A stretch of 64,000 nt of DNA, taken from a virus (lineage: Duplodnaviria; Heunggongvirae; Uroviricota; Caudoviricetes). A program made the translations under genes and the position numbers. The notes below the pieces were generated by a model. That model did not search any database, was not told the DNA's origin, and saw nothing but the letters and a program-made list of their open reading frames with translations. Each line of letters starts with the position of its first letter. Position 1 is the first letter of the stretch. This document shows positions 20,973 to 30,396 of this stretch, piece by piece. Location of the stretch: the IMG/VR virus record IMGVR_UViG_2541047860_000002; one strand, given 5' to 3'.

Positions 20973-21929
20973 ATGCGCATTTTTATCGATGATGGTTCAA
21001 CCAATATCAAAATGCTGTGGGAGCACGACGGGGAAACTCGCACTCACATCAGTCCTAACAGCTTTAAGCGCGGATGGTCAGCAACATTTGGTGCTGGCAA
21101 GCCGTTTAACTATGTCATTGACGACGAAAAGTATTCGTATGATTTGATCTCGCCAGATGTTCTGCCGACGAATAACGTGGAATGGCAATACAGCCCGCTT
21201 AACGTCCTGGCTGTTCACCATGCCCTGCTGACAAGTGGCATTGAGCCGCAGGAAGTAGAAATTGTGGTCACGCTGCCTCTGGCGGAGTTTTACGACGACG
21301 ACGCGCAATACAATCTCGATAACATCGAGCGCAAGAAAGCCAGCCTTATGCGCCCCGTCACGCTGAATAAAGGCAATGTGTTCACGATTAAGAAAGTTAC
21401 GGTACGCCCGGAGTCTATTCCGGCAGGAATTGGCCTGTGCGACAATCTGAACCCTGCCCATTCTGTTCTTATCGTCGATTTGGGTGGAACTACCCTTGAT
21501 GTTTCAATGGTCGCCGGGCAAATGACGGCAGTTTCCCGTGTTTTTGGCGATTCAAATCTTGGCGTCTCTCTGGTTACCAGGGAAGTAAGGCAAGCACTTG
21601 CCAGAGCCAATACCGAAACGTCAAATTACAATGTCGATCAGCTCATTATTAACCGCCACGATGAAGATTATCTGAACGACAATATCAATGACCCATCAGC
21701 GATTGGTGATGTGAAAAAGGCCATTGCCGCAAGCATTGACCGTCTGCGTACCCGCGTTCTTGATGTGATTGGCGACTTTAAAGGATATACGCATGTCATG
21801 GTGATCGGTGGTGGCGCACCGCTGGTGGCAGATGCAATTCGCGAGCAAGTTAATATTCGTGATGACCGTTTCTTCGTGGCGGATGACCCGCAACTTGCTC
21901 TTGTTCATGGCCTGAAAGCAATCGGTTAA
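20973..21929 (+). CDS. parM: Plasmid segregation actin-like ATPase ParM/StbA
   Basis: MRIFIDDGSTNIKM, ISPNSF, VAVHHALLTSG, IIDLGGTTLD and GYTHVMVIGGGA motifs closely matching ParM; GGAG 7 nt upstream of ATG 20973. Confidence 0.85.
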   Translation: MRIFIDDGSTNIKMLWEHDGETRTHISPNSFKRGWSATFGAGKPFNYVIDDEKYSYDLISPDVLPTNNVEWQYSPLNVLAVHHALLTSGIEPQEVEIVVTLPLAEFYDDDAQYNLDNIERKKASLMRPVTLNKGNVFTIKKVTVRPESIPAGIGLCDNLNPAHSVLIVDLGGTTLDVSMVAGQMTAVSRVFGDSNLGVSLVTREVRQALARANTETSNYNVDQLIINRHDEDYLNDNINDPSAIGDVKKAIAASIDRLRTRVLDVIGDFKGYTHVMVIGGGAPLVADAIREQVNIRDDRFFVADDPQLALVHGLKAIG

Positions 21930-21936
21930 CGAGGTA

Positions 21937-22281
21937 ATGTCCATGTCTCAGGAACGTAAGAAAGTGATGATTTATCTTCGCCCAGAGGCTTATGCCAATG
22001 AAAAGGCGGCGAGCGAGAAGATAAAAAAACATAGCGATATGGCAAGAACCGCATTGTTGGCAGGGCTTGCGCTGGGAGAAGTCGATAGCAGGCTTCCAGG
22101 ATTACTGGCTTCTCTGCTGACCGAAGATAATAATCCGGAGCTGATCCGAAAAATGCTGGCATCCTTCCTGGAACTACCAGCTGCGGTTGAGGAGCGCCCT
22201 GCCTCCATTGAGCCAGTGAAGGAGCAAGTTGTTGCCAAAAGCGCGTCGGCGCGCAATCTGGCTGACTCTCTACCTGATTGA
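21937..22281 (+). CDS. parR: ParR-like partition adaptor (RHH)
   Basis: 114-aa ORF immediately downstream of parM. Confidence 0.55.
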   Translation: MSMSQERKKVMIYLRPEAYANEKAASEKIKKHSDMARTALLAGLALGEVDSRLPGLLASLLTEDNNPELIRKMLASFLELPAAVEERPASIEPVKEQVVAKSASARNLADSLPD

Positions 22282-22319
22282 CAGAAGATGTGCTGGTTTA
22301 AGGCTGCAAATTGCAGCCT

Positions 22320-22420
22320 TTTTTATACCTTAATGGTGCCTAATTGGTGTTAATCTGGCACCAGTTAGGTGCTGTTATGGTGCAATTTTGTATCTGGTTC
22401 CAATTTGGGGCTGATTTCGT
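22320..22420. repeat. Centromere-like repeat cluster (GGTGCNC / CCAATT elements) upstream of parA
   Basis: TGGTGCCTAATTGGTG, TGGCACCAGTTAGGTGC, TGGTGCAATTTTG, GGTTCCAATTTGG. Confidence 0.45.
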
Positions 22421-22568
22421 GTTAAATAGGATGCAATATAAGGTGTATTTGGTCTGATTGATGTTATACTTTGCCAAACATTCATGACTCCATTATAGAG
22501 CCTGTCCCGCATCAAAAAGGCTCTTATCTGGAACCGTTTTGATACCAAAATCACACCGAGGAACGGAT

Positions 22569-23210
22569 ATGATTATATTGGTAGTCAGCCAAAAAGGTGG
22601 CTGTGGAAAATCAACCACAAGCGTAAACATCTGTGCGGAGCTTGCCCGCGCAAATAAGGATGTAGTGTTACTAGATGCAGACAAGCAAGGAACAGCTGCC
22701 CGCTGGGCAGCTGACCGTAACACGGCAGAGGTTTCTCCTGTTATTCATTGTGTCCAGAAGTTTGGTAATATTCGAGAAACACTTCTCGATCTGGATAAGC
22801 GTTATGAATTTGTAGTTGTTGATACAGCCGGGCGCGATAGCAAAGAGATGCGTACAGGCATAACCGCTGCAGATATTGTGTTGGTCCCATTCAGACCATC
22901 TCAACCAGATTTAGACACGCTGGCACACTTTGTTGAAGTGTTTGAAGAGGCTTTGGACCTGATGCCTAATCCTAGCATTAAGGCGTTCGCAGTCTTAACA
23001 ATGGCCCCATCCAATCCGGTTGTGAATGAAACTAATGAGGCCAAAGAGTACCTGGCTGAATATCCGCAACTGAAGTTGCTGAAAACCATCATTCGTGATC
23101 GTAAGGTTTACCGCGATTGCATGGCTGAAGGGAAGGGCGTTGTTGAGATGGACAACGGGAAAGCTAAAGGTGAAATCCAGATGTTGGTTAAGGAGTTATT
23201 AAGTGATTAA
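22569..23210 (+). CDS. parA: ParA/ParF-type partition ATPase (type Ib)
   Basis: Deviant Walker A KGGCGKST near N-terminus; ORF track start trimmed to MIILVVSQKGG. Confidence 0.8.
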   Translation: MIILVVSQKGGCGKSTTSVNICAELARANKDVVLLDADKQGTAARWAADRNTAEVSPVIHCVQKFGNIRETLLDLDKRYEFVVVDTAGRDSKEMRTGITAADIVLVPFRPSQPDLDTLAHFVEVFEEALDLMPNPSIKAFAVLTMAPSNPVVNETNEAKEYLAEYPQLKLLKTIIRDRKVYRDCMAEGKGVVEMDNGKAKGEIQMLVKELLSD

Positions 23211-23490
23211 GCCTCGTAAATCGGTAAAAGCCCCCGAAGTAAAAGACCCCGATCTTGAACGCCGAATTGAGGATTTTGCCAGTAAGGCTGATTTGGTGCC
23301 GGGTGAGCAACCAGAAGACAACAAAGTGCTCGATAAGGACGCTCCACGTGATTTTAAATCTATTCGTGTTGGTTTCAATGAATACGAGTACCAAGTACTT
23401 GATGCGTTAAGTAAAAAGCATAATCGCAGCAAATTGAATATGATCCGCCATGCTATCCTCATGTTAGCGGAGTCTGAGGAAGCAAAATAA
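23203..23490 (+). CDS. ParG-like small centromere-binding protein
   Basis: 95-aa ORF overlapping parA stop. Confidence 0.5.
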   Translation: MIKPRKSVKAPEVKDPDLERRIEDFASKADLVPGEQPEDNKVLDKDAPRDFKSIRVGFNEYEYQVLDALSKKHNRSKLNMIRHAILMLAESEEAK

Positions 23491-23524
23491 AGTCTTTCAG
23501 GTTGGTTTTAGAACTTAAAAAGTC

Positions 23525-23590
23525 TTGAACCAAGGTGTACCAATACACCACTAATTTGGTGCACCTTTACATCCTTTTTGGTTCCAATTG
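23525..23590. repeat. Second centromere-like repeat cluster downstream of parG
   Basis: GGTGTACCAATACACC palindrome, TTTGGTGCACC, GGTTCCAATTGTGTACC. Confidence 0.45.
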
Positions 23591-23757
23591 TGTACCATTT
23601 ATCATTAATTTACTTATGCGCAAAAGTGGGCTTCATGAAAAAGCTCATTATTGAAATAACGATAGAAAGCAATTTCTAATCAACTAGTGGTTGTCAGCCT
23701 ATTCGGCTTATAAGATCATACGCTGTTATACGTTGTTTACGCTTTGAGGAATCCACA

Positions 23758-25419
23758 ATGAGTGAGGCAGAAGCCCGCCCGACTAACTTTATTCGTCAGA
23801 TCATCGATGAAGATCTGGCCAGTGGTAAGCACACCACAGTACATACCCGTTTCCCGCCGGAACCGAATGGCTATCTGCATATTGGTCATGCGAAATCTAT
23901 CTGCCTGAACTTCGGGATCGCCCAGGACTATAAAGGCCAGTGCAACCTGCGTTTCGACGACACTAACCCGGTAAAAGAAGATATCGAGTACGTTGAGTCG
24001 ATTAAAAACGACGTTGAATGGTTAGGTTTTCACTGGTCTGGCAACATCCGTTACTCCTCCGATTATTTTGACAAACTCCATGCCTATGCTGTTGAACTGA
24101 TCAACAAAGGCCTGGCGTATGTTGACGAACTGACGCCGGAACAGATCCGCGAATACCGCGGCACCCTGACGCAGCCGGGTAAAAACAGCCCGTACCGCGA
24201 CCGCAGCGTTGAAGAGAACCTGGCGCTGTTCGAAAAAATGCGTGCCGGTGGTTTTGAAGAAGGTAAAGCCTGCCTGCGTGCGAAAATCGACATGGCTTCG
24301 CCGTTTATCGTGATGCGCGACCCGGTGCTGTACCGTATTAAGTTTGCTGAACACCACCAGACTGGCAACAAGTGGTGCATCTACCCGATGTACGACTTCA
24401 CCCACTGCATCAGCGATGCGCTGGAAGGTATTACGCACTCTCTGTGTACGCTTGAGTTCCAGGACAACCGTCGTCTGTATGACTGGGTACTGGACAACAT
24501 CACCATTCCTGTTCACCCGCGCCAGTACGAATTCTCGCGCCTGAATCTGGAATACACCGTGATGTCCAAGCGTAAGCTGAACCTGCTGGTGACCGACAAG
24601 CACGTTGAAGGCTGGGATGACCCGCGTATGCCGACCATTTCCGGTCTGCGTCGTCGTGGTTACACTGCGGCTTCTATTCGTGAGTTCTGCAAACGCATCG
24701 GCGTGACCAAGCAGGACAACACCATTGAGATGGCGTCGCTGGAATCCTGCATCCGTGAAGATCTCAACGAAAATGCCCCGCGCGCAATGGCGGTTATCGA
24801 TCCGGTGAAACTGGTTATCGAAAACTACCAGGGCGAAGGCGAAATGGTCACCATGCCGAACCATCCAAACAAACCGGAAATGGGTAGCCGTCAGGTGCCG
24901 TTTAGCGGTGAGATTTGGATCGACCGCGCCGATTTCCGCGAAGAAGCTAACAAGCAGTACAAACGTCTGGTGCTGGGTAAAGAAGTGCGTCTGCGTAATG
25001 CTTACGTCATTAAGGCTGAACGCGTGGAGAAAGATGCCGAAGGCAATATCACCACCATCTTCTGTACTTATGACGCCGACACCTTAAGCAAAGATCCGGC
25101 AGATGGTCGTAAAGTGAAAGGCGTTATTCACTGGGTGAGCGCGGCACATGCGCTGCCGGTTGAAATTCGCCTGTACGACCGTCTGTTCAGTGTACCGAAC
25201 CCAGGTGCTGCGGATGATTTCCTGTCGGTGATTAACCCGGAATCGCTGGTGATCAAACAAGGCTTTGCTGAACCGTCGCTGAAAGAAGCGGTAGCGGGTA
25301 AAGCATTCCAGTTTGAGCGTGAAGGTTATTTCTGCCTCGACAGCCGCCATTCTACGGCGGAAAAACCGGTATTTAACCGCACCGTTGGGCTGCGTGATAC
25401 CTGGGCGAAGTTAGGTTAA
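23758..25419 (+). CDS. glnS: Glutaminyl-tRNA synthetase
   Basis: 553-aa class I aaRS with HIGH (HIGHAKS) and VMSKR motifs and full-length enterobacterial GlnRS-like sequence; own promoter region and terminator. Confidence 0.95.
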   Translation: MSEAEARPTNFIRQIIDEDLASGKHTTVHTRFPPEPNGYLHIGHAKSICLNFGIAQDYKGQCNLRFDDTNPVKEDIEYVESIKNDVEWLGFHWSGNIRYSSDYFDKLHAYAVELINKGLAYVDELTPEQIREYRGTLTQPGKNSPYRDRSVEENLALFEKMRAGGFEEGKACLRAKIDMASPFIVMRDPVLYRIKFAEHHQTGNKWCIYPMYDFTHCISDALEGITHSLCTLEFQDNRRLYDWVLDNITIPVHPRQYEFSRLNLEYTVMSKRKLNLLVTDKHVEGWDDPRMPTISGLRRRGYTAASIREFCKRIGVTKQDNTIEMASLESCIREDLNENAPRAMAVIDPVKLVIENYQGEGEMVTMPNHPNKPEMGSRQVPFSGEIWIDRADFREEANKQYKRLVLGKEVRLRNAYVIKAERVEKDAEGNITTIFCTYDADTLSKDPADGRKVKGVIHWVSAAHALPVEIRLYDRLFSVPNPGAADDFLSVINPESLVIKQGFAEPSLKEAVAGKAFQFEREGYFCLDSRHSTAEKPVFNRTVGLRDTWAKLG

Positions 25420-25446
25420 TAGGTATTTCGCCACATGAAAAAGTAA

Positions 25447-25469
25447 ACGCCGCTACTGCGGCGTTTTTT
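25447..25469. terminator. Bidirectional rho-independent terminator between glnS and dam
   Basis: ACGCCGC-TACT-GCGGCGT hairpin with flanking A and T tracts; dam stop codon lies in the T tract. Confidence 0.6.
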
Positions 25470-26373
25470 ACTTCATTATTGCAATTATATCGTTAGCAAC
25501 TACACGTGTTGACGCCTTGCAGGAAACCGACCGTCTGGCTGCCATATGATGTACTTTAAACCCGTTTCCTTCATATAGTTCACGGATGTTTGGAGCACCA
25601 CTATTTGTAATCACTACCTTAGCGCCGCGCTGGTGGGCTTCCACCAATAGAGATACCAGCCGTTTCTGTTCGTCGAAACGGAAGCTATTTCCTGAATAAC
25701 TGGTAAACCATTCTGTATCCGGCAGCGGTTCATACGGCGGATCGCAAAAAATCACATCGCCTTCACCAGCCGCCTCGATGACGCCAGCAAAGTCACCTGA
25801 TACAAAGGAAGTGTTTTTGAGTACGTCATCAGCCAAAAATGCCTCCATCTCTGCATGTGGGAAGTAGGGCGCTTTGTATTTACCATACCCTACGTTGAAC
25901 TCGCCATTTTGGTTGTACCGTGTTACGCCATTAAAACAGTGCCGATTAAGGTACAAAAAGGCAGCAGCATGATGTAGTTGGTCATACTTTCCTCTGTTAA
26001 ATGCCTCACGCACTTCGAGGTAAGCGTCAGCGTTGTTGTAATTTTGGAAAAAACTATATGACAGCGTGACTAGAGAATGTCTTTCTCGCTGCAATGTCTG
26101 ATAGAAGTTAATCAAGTCACCGTTAATATCATTAAGCAGGTTGTGGCGAAATCCTGCATTCGTAAATACGGAACCGCCACCAACGAATGGTTCTATTAAC
26201 CGCTTACCGTGTGGTAGATGCTCAAGCACTATAGGCAACTCTGAAAATTTACCGCCTACCCATTTGAAGATCGGACGCTCGTATTCATCCGGAGTCCGAA
26301 TGGTGCGCATATAGCTAATTTCCGCCATCGAATCATGTCTTTCTATGGCTGTGCTTACTAGAGATTTACTCAT
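25468..26373 (-). CDS. dam: DNA adenine methyltransferase (Dam family)
   Basis: FKWVGGK and DPPY motifs; start set to ATG 26373, which overlaps the upstream stop (ATGAGTAA). Confidence 0.8.
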   Translation of the reverse strand: MSKSLVSTAIERHDSMAEISYMRTIRTPDEYERPIFKWVGGKFSELPIVLEHLPHGKRLIEPFVGGGSVFTNAGFRHNLLNDINGDLINFYQTLQRERHSLVTLSYSFFQNYNNADAYLEVREAFNRGKYDQLHHAAAFLYLNRHCFNGVTRYNQNGEFNVGYGKYKAPYFPHAEMEAFLADDVLKNTSFVSGDFAGVIEAAGEGDVIFCDPPYEPLPDTEWFTSYSGNSFRFDEQKRLVSLLVEAHQRGAKVVITNSGAPNIRELYEGNGFKVHHMAARRSVSCKASTRVVANDIIAIMK

Positions 26374-27016
26374 AGAGCACCCCCTTATTTGCTTCGAAAA
26401 CTGCTTTTGCGAATCCATTCGGAGTAGCACTTCGAAAATTAGCCCTTTCAGGCCCAGGTGGCGCGGTATGGATTCTGTTATCTGGCTTGCCTAATGATTC
26501 GTCCATTAGGGCATCAGGCATGACAAAGCCCTGCCCGCTCCAGAGGCATGTTTTTTTGGTGTAATTGTCTTCCTTGCAATATGCAGTGAAGTGGTAAGGA
26601 TGGAAGATGTGATCAGGTTTACGCCAGAATGTCGATATTTGGCTGACCGGGTTTTCAATCATGTACGGGCAACCAATCATCTTTGCAATGTCGTAACACT
26701 GCCAGACGACTTGCATCGCTTTGAACTGGAAAACCGGATCTTTGTCAGCCTTATGTGCAAACCAGCGCGCACCGGAAACAGCAAGGTCCGTGCACGGCGG
26801 AAAACCAGCTAAAAACACAATACGTTGTAAATTATTTCGGAGAAAAGCATAAACTTCATCACTATCGATAATCGCACTGATACGTGTCAGAACTGCGCCT
26901 GATTGCATCAGCTCATCTGTGGTCTTTGCGTGTTGTGGATCGACGATAACAGCATCTATACCATGCTCCAGCCAGGGGGCGACCATTTTCCCCGTGAAAT
27001 CACAAAGACTCACCAT
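26366..27016 (-). CDS. C5-cytosine DNA methyltransferase-like protein
   Basis: GFPPCTDLAVSG (PC motif) and MIENPV (ENV motif); degenerate motif I; start trimmed to ATG 27016 just after rdgC stop. Confidence 0.5.
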   Translation of the reverse strand: MVSLCDFTGKMVAPWLEHGIDAVIVDPQHAKTTDELMQSGAVLTRISAIIDSDEVYAFLRNNLQRIVFLAGFPPCTDLAVSGARWFAHKADKDPVFQFKAMQVVWQCYDIAKMIGCPYMIENPVSQISTFWRKPDHIFHPYHFTAYCKEDNYTKKTCLWSGQGFVMPDALMDESLGKPDNRIHTAPPGPERANFRSATPNGFAKAVFEANKGVLYE

Positions 27017-27029
27017 AAGAGGTCTATTG

Positions 27030-27935
27030 TTAACGTTCTGCTTCACCACCAACGGCCTCCACCAGCGAAGTGAACATCGCTGATAATTCAGCAGTAAACA
27101 GGATAAAGTCAGCGTCAAATCGTTGAGCAACATCCTCTCGATCAATATCGTCGTTCTGGTCGTACAATTCGTCGCTGAACGACAAAGCCTTGATACTCAT
27201 ATCGTCATTCAGTCTGAAAAATGCACGGTCTTGCCAGTTAACCGCAACTGTGGTTGCAACCTTACCAGCTTCTATATGACTCATGATCTCGTCGGATAGC
27301 AGGTCCACTTTTTTGCAGCGGACCGCGCCGCCATCATCAAGCAATGCTTTTAAGGTCGCTTCCTCACCGGCACGGAAACCGTTCGGGAAGCCATTTTTAA
27401 TCCAGCCAGTGATGGTCAGTTCTAATGGGTCTTTCGGAGAGAAGGGGACAACGGGCAAGCTGCCAAGAGATTTCCGTAACAAAGCCAGCTGATCCTCTGC
27501 TTTTTTAGCACTGCTCGCCTCGACAAAAACCAGATGATTGCTTCGGTCTATCAGGATTTTAGCGACTGATTTTCTCGTGAAAGCACGAGGAAGAAGAGAG
27601 TGAAGCACTTCATCCTTCAGCGAATCTTTTTCGGTCTTCTTCAGCTTTCTGTCTTGTTCTTCTTCAAGTTTCAGGATTTTTTTCTGTAGCTCTTCTTTGA
27701 GCACTTGAGAAGGTAGGATTTTTTCCTCTCGTTTATGCTGTATCAGAAGAAAACCCTTGTATTCATGGGTGAGGTTGTCGCCAAGGACGGGGGTCCAACC
27801 AGCTTTAGCAATATCCTGAGAACCGCATGGGGTAAACACAAACTTGTTAAGGGCAGCATTTACTTCTGCGGTATCCCAGTTAACTTCGCGTGAAAGACGA
27901 TAGATGAAGATATTTTTGAAAGCGACTGATCTCAT
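27030..27935 (-). CDS. rdgC: Recombination-associated protein RdgC homologue
   Basis: [52 protein letters not shown] and [19 protein letters not shown] blocks match RdgC, divergent from host copy. Confidence 0.85.
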   Translation of the reverse strand: MRSVAFKNIFIYRLSREVNWDTAEVNAALNKFVFTPCGSQDIAKAGWTPVLGDNLTHEYKGFLLIQHKREEKILPSQVLKEELQKKILKLEEEQDRKLKKTEKDSLKDEVLHSLLPRAFTRKSVAKILIDRSNHLVFVEASSAKKAEDQLALLRKSLGSLPVVPFSPKDPLELTITGWIKNGFPNGFRAGEEATLKALLDDGGAVRCKKVDLLSDEIMSHIEAGKVATTVAVNWQDRAFFRLNDDMSIKALSFSDELYDQNDDIDREDVAQRFDADFILFTAELSAMFTSLVEAVGGEAER

Positions 27936-27946
27936 GTCTCACCATT

Positions 27947-27999
27947 TATGTTAGAAAATGCATGTTAATTATCTAACACAAATGGGTGCATTTTCTATC
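27947..27999. promoter_or_regulatory. Operator-like motif cluster upstream of rdgC operon
   Basis: TATGTTAGAAAATGC plus inverted TCTAACACAAA and TTTTCTA within 50 bp. Confidence 0.4.
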
Positions 28000-28648
28000 C
28001 TTTCTTGAAATCGAAGTTGCCAGCAGTGGCCTGAAAGGTTCCTCCTGCCTTGAAAGCTATGTCCCCGTTAGCGGTGACAGCTATATTTTCCCCATTAACA
28101 TTGATGTTGTTGGCTGATTTGACGTTAACACTCCCTCCTGCATTCACGATTACATCAGCCGGACCAATGATATATATCTGCCCGGACTCATTCATGCCAA
28201 TCCTTGAGCCAGCTGCCGTATTGGCAATTTCATAGCCGCCACCAGCAGTTCGTACTTCAAGAATATTGTTGCGGTGAATAACGAAGTCTTTCGTTGCTGA
28301 GATTTGGGGGCGGGGAGGTGCTCCATCTACTTCCGGCGGCGTCCAGCCGTTGCCTTTGCCAGATGCTTCTGGTGCAACGTTTGGAATTCCTCCCGGTGCA
28401 TCCTGAGCGGCACCAACTATCATTGGGCGTCTGGTGTCTATTCGACCGTTAACATCTAAATAAGGAAACTCTACCCAGACCAGGTCACCTTTGACTGTAG
28501 GTACAAAAGCGTTCCCGATGGGTAACTGGTATTCCGCCCAGGGTAGATCGTCATCAGGAACGCCATTCCAGTCAGGTAAAACACGGACTTGAGCACGCAT
28601 AAGCCCTGCCGGGTGCACAGTTCCAACAATTTGCGCTCTACGCTTCAT
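27995..28648 (-). CDS. Baseplate central spike protein, gpV-like
   Basis: 217-aa ORF; N-terminal OB-like region and Gly/Asn-rich C-terminal beta-helix-like repeats. Confidence 0.5.
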   Translation of the reverse strand: MKRRAQIVGTVHPAGLMRAQVRVLPDWNGVPDDDLPWAEYQLPIGNAFVPTVKGDLVWVEFPYLDVNGRIDTRRPMIVGAAQDAPGGIPNVAPEASGKGNGWTPPEVDGAPPRPQISATKDFVIHRNNILEVRTAGGGYEIANTAAGSRIGMNESGQIYIIGPADVIVNAGGSVNVKSANNINVNGENIAVTANGDIAFKAGGTFQATAGNFDFKKG

Positions 28649-29625
28649 TTGTTCGGCACTCCCAATATCATTCGTGTTGTGTAGCCTACGCGGTCCTCAA
28701 AGTGCGCAACATTTTTTACTATCAGCTTACGGGGCATTGATTCATCAATGCGGTTTTCCTGGTCATAGCGGTATACGATAATCTCTATTACCATCCCCGG
28801 TTTTATATCAGGATTGCCTGCGACTTCTATATCCATTTTGGGGACGAGAGACAGCTGCATATTGCGAAGAGTTTCCATATCAGAGTCGGATATATAACGC
28901 ACTGGGAGTGAGCTATCGCCATATTCGACGTAGCCATCGGTCATGGAATACCCAACAAAACGATATTGATTCTTTGCTGTTGACGCATGTTCCTGTTGGA
29001 GTAGGCGCATTTTTGACAAAGTGTATTCTGCTTTAGGGTTATTCCCCTCGTAGGTAAATGATGGCGTTTGCTTCATCAGATCAGCCAGGGTGTAAAAGTT
29101 AAATTCCCCCCGACATACCCAACACAATGCACCTTTGTCTCGCGCTATCTCCGAAAGCATTTTTGACGGTTTGTCACCAGCATTCAGATGATATGTAACT
29201 GCGCGTTTTAGCACGCTGCTGGTAATTTTAAGCTTGCCGGAATATGCCTTGAATATAGCGTCTGGTGTTTTGTTGGTATGTAAATTTGTGCGCGGGGAGG
29301 GGATCTTAAACCTGCGCACGTCTTCACTGACAGCAATAACGGTAACAACATCACCAGCCAGCATTGCAGACGTAACAAAGAAATCTGTTTTAAAAGTGCC
29401 TGCATTACCGTTTGGATCGCCCATTTCAGCCACCAGCGATGCACCGTATTTGGCTTTCCAGTCATCAATTACGGTGCCGGTAGCGTCATGAATTTCCAGT
29501 TTTAGCAAAGGGGCTTTGAGGCTGGTTTTTTCTACATATACTGCGGTAAAAATCCAGTCTCGTGGCACTTTGTTATCGTTAATGAGCACTGACTGTAGAA
29601 AATATTGTTGTAACTCCTGGGCCAC
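28645..29625 (-). CDS. Hypothetical tail/baseplate protein
   Basis: 326-aa ORF. Confidence 0.4.
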   Translation of the reverse strand: MAQELQQYFLQSVLINDNKVPRDWIFTAVYVEKTSLKAPLLKLEIHDATGTVIDDWKAKYGASLVAEMGDPNGNAGTFKTDFFVTSAMLAGDVVTVIAVSEDVRRFKIPSPRTNLHTNKTPDAIFKAYSGKLKITSSVLKRAVTYHLNAGDKPSKMLSEIARDKGALCWVCRGEFNFYTLADLMKQTPSFTYEGNNPKAEYTLSKMRLLQQEHASTAKNQYRFVGYSMTDGYVEYGDSSLPVRYISDSDMETLRNMQLSLVPKMDIEVAGNPDIKPGMVIEIIVYRYDQENRIDESMPRKLIVKNVAHFEDRVGYTTRMILGVPNK

Positions 29626-29628
29626 TTA

Positions 29629-30396
29629 TCACCCCATAGATATCGAGGTTTCGGTAATAATACGTTTTGCGTCCAACTCCCATGCTGTGATCACGTCTGC
29701 AATCACACTTATCGGCGCTTGTGTGGCATAAATACGCTCTTCTCCAATTGGTGCTGAAACATCCGTAAAGCCGACTTCTTTGGCATCCTGTATCGAGCAA
29801 ATCAGCGGGACCGGGACACGAACAAGGTGAGTGGTTGCTTCAAATTGTGTACCTGTCATCAGGCGAAGCCGTGCGCCCAGCGAATTACACATCAGACTCA
29901 TGGTCGCTTTATCAGTTGCCATTAACGTAACGTCATACGTCAGAATGGCCTGGGTGTATTCCAGTTCTGCTAAAGGCGTTCCGGTATCTGGTTCGCAAAA
30001 ACTGGCTACTTTTTTGCGGTCAATCTGCTGATCATCGTTGATATAATTGATATCCATAGTGCGTGAGATATTGACCAGGGGGAGAGCATCCCGGTTAATG
30101 TTCTGGTTTTCAGGTTTTCTCCCTTGCCCGGCATTTGCGCGACGAACTGCTTTAAGAAACTCGATCGCATTGTCGAAACGGGCCATATAGACACGCTCTG
30201 CTGGTGGACGATTCAGGAATGACGCAAAGCGTTTTTCTTCCGGCGCGGGGGCCACCAGTAAGATATCAGAAAAAATGTTGCTGATTAGCGTCGCAAACGC
30301 GTTATCCACGTTTTCAAAGCCCGTGGTCTGGAATTTTCCTGTGCGTAAGGTTTGCCATTCACCGGTTCGCGCCAGGAGGGTTTTATTTGAAGTCAT
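29629..30396 (-). CDS. Hypothetical structural protein
   Basis: 255-aa ORF. Confidence 0.35.
   Translation of the reverse strand: MTSNKTLLARTGEWQTLRTGKFQTTGFENVDNAFATLISNIFSDILLVAPAPEEKRFASFLNRPPAERVYMARFDNAIEFLKAVRRANAGQGRKPENQNINRDALPLVNISRTMDINYINDDQQIDRKKVASFCEPDTGTPLAELEYTQAILTYDVTLMATDKATMSLMCNSLGARLRLMTGTQFEATTHLVRVPVPLICSIQDAKEVGFTDVSAPIGEERIYATQAPISVIADVITAWELDAKRIITETSISMG

Noticed and set aside
24022-24864. 280-aa minus-strand ORF inside glnS (and smaller ones at 24084..24380, 25084..25350)
   Set aside because: Antisense to a well-supported, full-length GlnRS gene; no RBS or known family.
23491-25470. Interpretation of the window as a chromosomal glnS locus carrying an integrated prophage
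   Set aside because: glnS is the only host-type gene; it is flanked on both sides by plasmid replication/partition and phage genes with no integrase or att duplication at its borders, so a phage-plasmid carrying glnS is the simpler reading.
25468-27145. Possibility that the two methyltransferase ORFs are a frameshifted single fused Dam/Dcm gene
   Set aside because: The junction reads ...TAT GAG TAA with the dam ATG overlapping as ATGAGTAA, a standard coupled start/stop; both ORFs are intact on their own. Kept only as a caveat in the findings.
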